Shown here piece after piece: positions 56,117 to 64,000 of a stretch of 64,000 bases of DNA (position 1 is the first letter of the stretch; each line of letters opens with the position of its first letter). Source of the DNA: Piromyces finnis finn (lineage: Eukaryota; Fungi; Neocallimastigomycota); assembly GCA_002104945.1 (NCBI GenBank), contig MCFH01000050.1, positions 345,027 through 409,026 of the forward strand, in the 5' to 3' direction. The position numbers and the translations under genes are program-made. The notes beneath the pieces are model-generated. The model searched no databases. It saw nothing but the letters and a program-made list of their open reading frames with translations, and was not told the origin of the DNA.

Positions 56117-57166
56117 TTAATGGAATAATGTATTTCTTAAAGAAGATTCATGAACTTGCATTTCATGTTTCTTATATTCATTCAATTCTTCTCTAATTTG
56201 CATCTTTAATTGTGGTGTAAGGTGTTTGAATGTTGAATTAATATCTGGTCTTCTTGAATATTCTGATTTTCTAAATGTTGGTAAAACTTCAACAGACTCA
56301 TTAAAGTGAATGACTTTTTGAACAGATTCATCATTTATTGTTGGTCTATCTCTCATTAAACTTTCCATTGCATTTAATAATTGTGCTCTTTTAAGATTTT
56401 GTTGAGTTGCTACAATTGAAGGATCCATCGATCTACCTGTTTTTTTTTTAAATTATTTATATTAATTTGTCCATTTTAAATTTATAATTGGGAATGTTTT
56501 TTTTTTTTTATTATTATTTTAACATAAGTTTATTATTATTCATTTATTTGTTATATATATATATATAAATATATTTCAATTTATTATTTTTAAAAAAATT
56601 ATAATGTTTTGTGACAGTATAATATTATTAATTTTTTTATTTTTGTATATATTAAAAAAAATGAGGAAAAATTTAATTAATTATTATATTATTTTAATCA
56701 ATTTATGCATATGAATAATGTAAATATATAGATAGATAGACATATTTTAATATTTTATTAAATGAATATATCTTTCTTACCAATTAAAATATTCATATCT
56801 TCTAATACTGATCTTTCAGGTCTTTTCTTTAAAATAGATTTTAATTGTTTAGATGTTTTTTCAAAATTAATGTTTTGCGAAACTACTCCAGAATCTGTAG
56901 TATTTTCATTATTTTCATTTTTTCCTTCTTTTGATTCATTATTATCAACTATTTAATCCAATTGTGTATATATATATATATATTTTATCAAGTAATAAAT
57001 TATTTAATGAATATCATTTTTTTTATTTAATTTTATTTCATTTATTAATATTGAAAAAACATTGAAAGAAAAGTTTGTATTTTGTATGAAAGTATAATTA
57101 TAATAGTATAGATAAATATTTAGTTCATCATCAATAATAATATCAATACAATATTAATAAATTCTC

Positions 57167-57200
<34 letters not shown>

Positions 57201-57518
57201 TATAATCTGATTATAAAAATTGAAAGTTTTCTTTTTCATACTTCTTAAAATATTTCTTAATTTTAAATCTTCTTTGCTAGGTCTAAGAGATAACTTTCTT
57301 TCTAAAACCGATTTTGGAAATTCAACTATTTTTATATAAAAGTTTTAATTAAAAGATAAGTAAAAAAAAAAGAAATAATTGTCTTTTCATTTTTTTAATA
57401 TTATTATAATATTTTATGTTGATTATTTATTACAGCTTTCTTCAGAACTTTTTCTAGATATTGATGAAGAAATACTACTAAGACTGTTAGAGCTCAAATC
57501 TTTATTATTATCTTCCAT
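56117..57518 (-). CDS. Phactr/Bni4-like PP1 regulatory protein with RPEL motifs, 4 exons
   Basis: Spliced product: MEDNNK..EES|FEFPKSVLERKLSLRPSKEDLKLRNILR|..LKSILKKRPERSVLEDMNILI|GRSMDPSIVATQQNLKRAQLLNAMESLMRDRP..KVIHFNESVEV..EYSRRPD..LTPQLKMQIREELNEYKKHEMQVHESS..TLFH. Splice phases are consistent. Confidence 0.85.
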
Positions 57519-58431
57519 TTTTATTTAATTGCTTTTATTTTTTTTTCCAAAAAGTAAAAAAAAATATTAATATATAATGTATAATATTTCTTAAATTTTT
57601 TTTTAAAAAAAGGGAAAAATATCTTTTAAAGTAAAGTTAATTCTAGTCAATAAAAAAAATATGTTTTTTATTTTATTAATATAAACCAATTATTCTTTAA
57701 AGTAATACTATATAGTTTAAAATAGTAAATTGTATTTTCTATAAGCTATTTTTTTTTTTATCCATATTAATATTAAATAAATTTCATTTTATTTCATTTT
57801 ATTTCATTTTAAAATTTAATTTTATTTATAATTTTTTTGATGGTATATAATTAATTAATTATAATTAATAAAATTAAAGTTTTAAATATGATATTATTTA
57901 TAATATACCCAAAAATAAAAATTAGAGAATGTCATTTTTTAATTTCTAAAACTTTAATAAATTCTTTACTTGGTATAAACGTATATATTTAATGTATATA
58001 TATATATATAGATTTTTATGTTTCAATGCTATTAAGATGTAAGATGTAAGACATTTTCTAAATTTATCAAATTGATTTTATTTTCTTTTTATTAAAAAAT
58101 ATATTATTTAAAAAATAAGTAATTTCCAAAAGAAAAAAAAGAGTAATATTATTTTTTATATTTTTATATTTCTTTCTAATTGAATAATACACCTTAAAAA
58201 TTTGAATTGGGGAAAAACTGAAGTCAATTATAATTTTTGAAAATTAATATAATATAAAATATATTTTCAATTTAATTATCTATTTTAAAATTTATAATTA
58301 ATAATAGAGTGAAGTATTTTTATGTAGTACAATACATTTTTTATATCATTGTAAATAATTTATAATTTATTTATTACATAAACATTTATGTAACACTTGA
58401 TTATCATATGTTTGTGTGATAAAATAATATG

Positions 58432-58440
58432 AGGGTTAGG
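58432..58440. promoter_or_regulatory. Telobox/Tbf1/Homol-E-like motif AGGGTTAGG upstream of the ribosomal protein gene
   Basis: GC-rich motif about 160 bp upstream of the eL8 ATG. Confidence 0.3.
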
Positions 58441-58596
58441 AATGTCATTGACCTATTAAATTAAAGTTAATAAATTATATACCCAATCATGATTATAATC
58501 AATTCATTTTGATTATATAAAATATAATTAAGTTTAATCATTTAATCCCTCCTTTCAATTGTTTCAATTTCGATAGTAGAGTGAAACTGATTCAAA

Positions 58597-59613
58597 ATGG
58601 TATGTAGAATAAAGGATAATAATATGAAGTATTTCATATTGATTAAATGGATGAATAATATTTAATTTAAAATGAATACTACTTTAAATTTTATTATCCT
58701 AGAATGTTTTTTTCATTAAGAGCATTCAATGACCCATATATAAATTTTTAAGAATTTTTAATGCCTTATTCCATTATCTCATAGAATTTTGTAAATTTTT
58801 TTTATGCATAAAATGTTTAATTTAATTATATAGCCAAGAGCTCAAAAGTCTAAAAAGGTTGCCCCAGCCCCATTACCATTCAAGAAGGCTTCTACCAAGG
58901 CCCCAAAGAACCCACTTACTGAAAAGACTCCAAAGAACTTTGGTATTGGTCAAGATGTTCTTCCAAAGAGAGACCTTTCTCGTTTCGTCAAATGGCCAGA
59001 ATACATCCGTCTTCAACGCCAAAAGGTCGTTCTTCAACAACGTCTTAAGGTTCCACCAGCTATTAACCAATTCAACAATGTCTTAGACAAGAACACTGCT
59101 ACTCAAGTTTTCAAGCTTCTTAACAAGTACAGACCAGAAAACAAGAAGGAAAAGAAGGAACGTCTTGCTGCTATCGCCAGCTCTGCTGCTGAAGGTAACA
59201 AGGTTGACCAAGGTAAGAAGCCAGTCGTTGTCAAGTACGGTATCAACCACATCACCGCTTTAGTTGAAGCCAAGAAGGCTCAACTTGTTGTTATTGCTGA
59301 TGATGTCGACCCAATCGAAATCGTCCTCTGGCTCCCAGCCCTCTGCAAGAAGATGGGTGTTCCATACTGTATTGTTAAGGGTAAGGCTAGACTCGGTACC
59401 GTTGTCCACAAGAAGACTGCTACCGCTCTTGCCATCACTGAAGTTAGCGCTGAAGACAAGGCTCAACTTTCTTCCCTTGTTTCCACTATCAAGTCTGGTT
59501 TCATGGTTAAGGCCGAAGAAGAACACAAGCACTGGGGTGGTGGTATCATGGGTGCCAAGACTCTTAACATGTTAGCTAAGAGAGAAGCTGCCCGCGCTAA
59601 GGATTTAAAGTAA
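58597..59613 (+). CDS. RPL8: 60S ribosomal protein eL8 (L7a/L8); ATG-only exon 1, intron 58600-58833
   Basis: M|[94 protein letters not shown]. Codon bias is that of a highly expressed gene. Confidence 0.98.
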
Positions 59614-59994
59614 ATGTGATTAACACATTGTAAAAAGAATTTTTGTATCTGTTCAAAAATTTAATAAAATCATATAAAATATAAAATTTATTAAAACTCG
59701 CATTATCTTTTTAAGTAATTTAATAGTGTACATTTAGAATTATACCACATAGAAGACTTTTTTTATATTTTAGGAAATATATATCTTTTTCATATTTATA
59801 ATTATTATAACTATTTTTTTATTATAATTTATTATTAAATAAAATAAATTTAAAAATTAAATTAAATTGTGTTTAAAAATTGTTGTGTTTAGAAGTGAAT
59901 TATTTGTGAAGAAAGGATGCTAAATTTAATATCCTTTTTAATTTCTTTTAATAATAACAATAGTAGTAATAGAAATAATAATATTAGTAATGAT

Positions 59995-60399
59995 AAATCA
60001 TGCCTTTTGCTATCTAACCAAAATCATGCCTTTTGCTATTGGCCAGCAATGGTCAATGTTCAAAAGGTTTGAAGCAACATCCAAGAGCGTCAATGCTGAA
60101 GAAACAGTAAGACAGGCCAGGAGGGCCAGCGCAACCAATGGAGATCATAATTTTGTTCCATGACAAAATTTTGATCTTTGGCTCGGTGTCCCATTGGAAG
60201 TCAAATACAATTATTATACTTTAGTATGATAGTGGCTTTCTTACTTTAATTAAAATTACTAGAATACATTATACCCAATTTTTATTCATTTGTGTTTATT
60301 TAAACATATTTTTTTTATTTTTATTTTTATTTTTAATTTTTTATTACATGTATTATAATTTTAATTAAATTAATAATAAAGTTTAAAATATTTGATGCC

Positions 60400-60442
<43 letters not shown>
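59995..60442 (+). mobile_element. 5'-truncated LINE 3' end: last codons of ORF, 3' UTR and A40 tail
   Basis: YLTKIMPFAIGQQWSMFKRFEATSKSVNAEETVRQARRASATNGDHNFVP* (stop 60161-60163), then a UTR and poly(A) at 60403-60442. A 19-bp segment at 59995-60013 duplicates 60021-60039. Confidence 0.75.
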
Positions 60443-60443
<1 letters not shown>

Positions 60444-60444
<1 letters not shown>

Positions 60445-60678
60445 AAATTTTGATCTTTGGCTCGGTGTCCCATTGGAAGTCAAATACAATTATTATACTT
60501 TAGTATGATAGTGGCTTTCTTACTTTAATTAAAATTACTAGAATACATTATACCCAATTTTTATTCATTTGTGTTTATTTAAACATATTTTTTTTTATTT
60601 TTATTTTATTTTAATTTTTATATTACATGTATTATAATTTTAATTAAATTAATAATAAAGTTTAAAATATTTGATGCC

Positions 60679-60737
<59 letters not shown>
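60444..60737 (+). mobile_element. Second LINE 3'-UTR copy with A56 tail
   Basis: Near-identical to 60165-60442, with small differences in the T-rich tract. Confidence 0.85.
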
Positions 60738-60739
<2 letters not shown>

Positions 60740-60775
60740 CCTTTTGCTATTGGCCAGCAATGGTCAATGTTCAAA
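60737..60775 (+). repeat. 39-bp copy of the LINE ORF C-terminal segment
   Basis: Identical to 60026-60064. Confidence 0.9.
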
Positions 60776-61130
60776 CCCTCTTGGGAACGTGCCTTCATTT
60801 ATTTAATAAATGTAGTTTCTCAAGGGGGTCTACTCATGCTCATGGTACTGAGAGAGTAGAAAGACTCCCTCTTGGGAACGTGCCTTCATTTATTTAATAA
60901 ATGTAGTTTCTCAAGGGGGTCTACTATATGAAGAGTCATAATCCTAAGAAGGCCTGGAAATGGATCAAGAAAACTGCAAAAATTGGAAAAGATTCTTTCT
61001 TTATTGCCCTCTTGGGAACGTGCCTTCATTTATTTAATAAATGTAGTTTCTCAAGGGGGTCTACTCATGCTCATGGTACTGAGAGAGTAGAAAGAATTAA
61101 ATCCAAGTATTGCGCAATGGATGCTTGGTG
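60776..61130 (+). repeat. Three truncated copies of the LINE 5' end (60776-60864, 60867-60925, 61007-61129) with an ORF-derived insert (60925-61007)
   Basis: Each copy begins CCCTCTTGGGAACGTGCCTTC. The insert equals 63729-63811. Confidence 0.95.
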
Positions 61131-64000
61131 CCCTCTTAGGAATGTGCCTTCATTTATTTAATAAATGTAATTTCTCAAGGGGGTCTACTCATGCTCATGG
61201 TACTGAGAGAGTAGAAATAATTAAATCCAAGCATTGCGCAATGGATGCTTGGTTAGTCTTCAAGGGAAAATTATTAGGACTAAGCTCATGGTACTGAGCG
61301 ATTAAAAAACATTTTATTCATCAAATTTAAGTATTTGATGAATAAGTGAATGTTTGATTTTTCAGGTAAGTTTGTATAGTATTTAATTAGAAGAGTAATA
61401 CATTTTGTTGCTGTATTTTTTTCTTTTATTCATGTATTCATGTAGTACTACTCTTCTCTTGTAAGAATCCAATGTAGTCAACTTTAGCATTTGCATTGTA
61501 TTTTTATATTCATGTAGCTATTGTTGTATTGTTTCTTGTAAGAGACTGATTCACTCTACATCATGTAAAAATACTATTCACAAGCTTTCTGGTGTCGACA
61601 TTCTTGATTCAAATTTTTTACCAATTTAAATATTTAATGAAAAGTAAAGTCAAACAAGTTTAGTGTCAAAAAGCGAATCGAATTTACTAACAACAAACCA
61701 AAATTAGAATTTTTAAAGAAAATTTACAACTAGAATTCAAAAAAAAGAAACTTTAAACAAAGCATCGTAACAATTTTTGTACTATCCAGTACTTTTAAGA
61801 AGAGAGAGAGAGACAGATTTTTTTCCATATACGTTATATTTGTAATTTTTATTAGTATTTATTTTATATTCAATATTTTTTAATTAGAATTTATTATCAT
61901 GTCAGTCCTTTATATTAAAGATAAGAATTATATCAGACGTGGTACCCGGTCTTATGGTATCCCCTTAGATGATATTCGCTCCTTCTTTATCCGTGGTATT
62001 CGATCATGGTCAGTAAATATGCTATGGGAAAAACTCGAGGTTATTCTAGAAGATAAATTTAATTCAGTTATTAGTGTTAAATATTTTCAAACTTTCAATG
62101 ATCACTTTTTCTTAGTCAAGGTTCATGGTTCATCAAAAGATTGTATTAAAATCTTACACATGTTAAAGAAGAAACTTTCAGTTACCTCAATTTCCTTTTC
62201 AGCTCGTAGTAGAAGGAATCACAAATACACTTTTTCCACTCTCAAACGTAAAATTTTAGTTTCTAATAAACATCAACATTCTATTCAACATTCATTTCAA
62301 CAATCAGTTCAACAATCTCATCAACAATCCGATCTTCAACAAGATCTTCAACAAGATCTTCAACAAGTTTCCCATCATGAAAATATTCCAGATCTACAGC
62401 AAACACAATTTCAATCTCAACATTCAACAATTAATTCTAATAGTTCTATCAACTCTGATAACAGTTCAATAGTTGATAGTTCTTCAGTTTCACAGCCATC
62501 TAGTAATAGTTCTACTTATTCCTCTGATGCATCATCCATTAATAACGATGACTTTAATAATAATAATAATAATAGCAACGATTCTTCCTCATCCAACAAG
62601 CCTGATAACTTTTCTTTTTGTCTTAGTTGGAACACCAATGGGTGGAATCATGAAAAGAGAGATAGTATTAGCTATTTCACAGCTATTTTCAAACCATTAT
62701 TCTTATGTTTCCAAGAAACTGGTAATGGTTCTGGTTCGAATACAGATTATCCTTGTCGTGTTACTTTGCGAAACTATAGACACTTTTTCAAGAAAGCTGA
62801 CGAATCAGTTCCAGGAATGAGAGGTTTATATTTAGGTTTTCACAATTCGTGTCAAGCCTCACTTGAAAACTTCTCTGGAAAGTATATTATTTCTATTTAT
62901 ACTTTTAGTCTTTGGAATAGATTCAAATGCTCGATTGGAAATGTTTATATGCCTCATAGTCATCACAACATCTATGTTGATCATGCAAAGTTAGAAGTTC
63001 GCTTGTGGTTACAAACTCATTCATCCCATCCATCGATTCTTGTTGGTGATTTTAATATGTCTAAAGTAAAATTATCCAACTGGTTATCAACTAATGGATT
63101 AGGAGATTGGGAAATTCTTCCGCTTAGAGGGTCGACTATCTCTTGGACTCGAGGTGATCAATCTTCCGACATTGACCATGCTCTTATCAATTCGAAGATG
63201 AAAGATCTTATTCACTCAGGATCATTTATAAATAATTTTTATCCTGTATCAGACCATAAGCCACTTCTTATTAATGGTAAAATTATTCCTATGGAAGATT
63301 TTTCTAATGACTTTAATGTTCCTAAGAAAATTCTGAAATGGAATAGATTAAAATGTATTGAGGAAAAGGAATCTATTCTCAGTCATAATAAATTCCAAAT
63401 ACTTTCAGCAAAATTCAACGATCCTAATGTTTCTACAGATGAACTTTCCAAAGAGTTTACTTCAACTGCTTTTTCAATTGCAGACGAGCTCAGTATTACC
63501 TCAGCAAATAATGTTATAAAGTCTTCATTTCATATTTCACAACAAATTTTTAATCTCCAAAAAATCAAAATGAAGTTGTATAAGAGATTTAAAAAAGAAA
63601 GAATTTATGATATAGATGAATTTATTAAAAGAATTAAAATCTACCGTAAGCTCATTGATTACATCCACAAAAGATGTAATGAATTTAGGAAGCAAGAATA
63701 TCTTCATTGGATTAAAACAGGATGTGAGTATATGAAGAGTCATAATCCTAAGAAGGCCTGGAAATGGATCAAGAAAACTGCAAAAATTGGAAAAGATTCT
63801 TTCTTTATTGCTCAACCAATTAAAAACAAAAATGGAGAATTAGTTGTTGCTACGGAAGAACAACTAGATGTGTGGCATGATCATTTCGAAAAGCTTGCAT
63901 CAGATCCAAGTGGTGTAAGTCTTGATTTGGAGCATTGGTATGAAGAACCAACGAATAAACGTTTTTCACTCCCTATGCTTGATGAATGGGATATCAACCA
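61131..64000 (+). mobile_element. APE-type non-LTR retrotransposon (LINE), 5' portion, apparently intact; continues past the window
   Basis: Structured 5' UTR at 61131-61898 followed by an uninterrupted ORF carrying the endonuclease. Confidence 0.92.
61899..64000 (+). CDS. LINE polyprotein (partial): N-terminal alpha/beta domain, Q/S/N linker, AP endonuclease, pre-RT region
   Basis: No stop in 700 codons; it is missed by the ORF track because it runs off the window. All APE motifs are present: SWNTNG, LCFQET, NVYMP, ILVGDFN, SDIDHAL, VSDHKPL. They are followed by KKAWKWIK and WHDHFEKL, typical of the pre-RT linker. Confidence 0.92.
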   Translation, partial: MSVLYIKDKNYIRRGTRSYGIPLDDIRSFFIRGIRSWSVNMLWEKLEVILEDKFNSVISVKYFQTFNDHFFLVKVHGSSKDCIKILHMLKKKLSVTSISFSARSRRNHKYTFSTLKRKILVSNKHQHSIQHSFQQSVQQSHQQSDLQQDLQQDLQQVSHHENIPDLQQTQFQSQHSTINSNSSINSDNSSIVDSSSVSQPSSNSSTYSSDASSINNDDFNNNNNNSNDSSSSNKPDNFSFCLSWNTNGWNHEKRDSISYFTAIFKPLFLCFQETGNGSGSNTDYPCRVTLRNYRHFFKKADESVPGMRGLYLGFHNSCQASLENFSGKYIISIYTFSLWNRFKCSIGNVYMPHSHHNIYVDHAKLEVRLWLQTHSSHPSILVGDFNMSKVKLSNWLSTNGLGDWEILPLRGSTISWTRGDQSSDIDHALINSKMKDLIHSGSFINNFYPVSDHKPLLINGKIIPMEDFSNDFNVPKKILKWNRLKCIEEKESILSHNKFQILSAKFNDPNVSTDELSKEFTSTAFSIADELSITSANNVIKSSFHISQQIFNLQKIKMKLYKRFKKERIYDIDEFIKRIKIYRKLIDYIHKRCNEFRKQEYLHWIKTGCEYMKSHNPKKAWKWIKKTAKIGKDSFFIAQPIKNKNGELVVATEEQLDVWHDHFEKLASDPSGVSLDLEHWYEEPTNKRFSLPMLDEWDIN

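Noticed and set aside
2383-56618. Recurrent TGTGAC (Homol-D-like) motif at about 2383, 6421, 7089, 23561 and 56612
   Set aside because: A rough estimate at this base composition predicts about five or six chance hits in 64 kb on both strands.
59260-59575. Overlapping ORFs in RPL8 (also 58859-59086 and 58873-59070)
   Set aside because: Shadows caused by strong codon bias in the ribosomal protein gene.
59998-60040. U5 snRNA loop I (GCCTTTTAC-like)
   Set aside because: The sequence is GCCTTTTGC, lacks the U5 stem context, and reads as the LINE ORF end (IMPFAIG).
60776-61130. CRISPR array
   Set aside because: Eukaryotic context, no cas genes, unequal unit lengths, and the repeat is the 5' end of the adjacent LINE.
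60671-61161. ORFs 60671-60859 and 60928-61161
   Set aside because: Chimeric read-throughs of poly(A) and mosaic fragments, not genes.
61131-61345. Canonical hammerhead or HDV-like ribozyme
   Set aside because: CTGAGAG and CTGAGCG do not match CUGANGA, and I could not build the nested HDV double pseudoknot. Kept only as an unclassified structured RNA.
62473-63815. ORFs 62473-62820 (+) and 63537-63815 (-)
   Set aside because: Off-frame or antisense to the real LINE ORF starting at 61899.

Overview
Extremely AT-rich, intron-rich eukaryotic DNA. Gene style, microsatellite load and gene content point to an anaerobic gut fungus (Neocallimastigomycota); this is an inference. I can support 11 host genes: a Ubc6/UBE2J-type E2, an orphan 719-aa nuclear protein, TTC5, Sec7/BIG Arf-GEF, a GGCT-like protein, a bacterial-type 3-methyladenine glycosylase (tag), a type-I membrane SH3 protein, an RJL GTPase, a SMAP/Age2 ArfGAP, a Phactr-like RPEL/PP1 regulator, and ribosomal protein eL8. 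There is also an ankyrin pseudogene, decayed transposon relics and many microsatellites. The most striking structure is at 59,995-64,000. An apparently intact APE-type non-LTR retrotransposon (one ORF from 61,899, open to the window edge) is preceded by a 1.1-kb mosaic built from pieces that appear to come from its own family: two poly(A)-tailed 3' ends, ORF C-terminal snippets, three extra hairpin-rich 5' ends, and an exact 83-bp copy of its own ORF interior placed like a spacer between repeats. Exon boundaries were read by hand. All family assignments come from motif recognition, not database searches.
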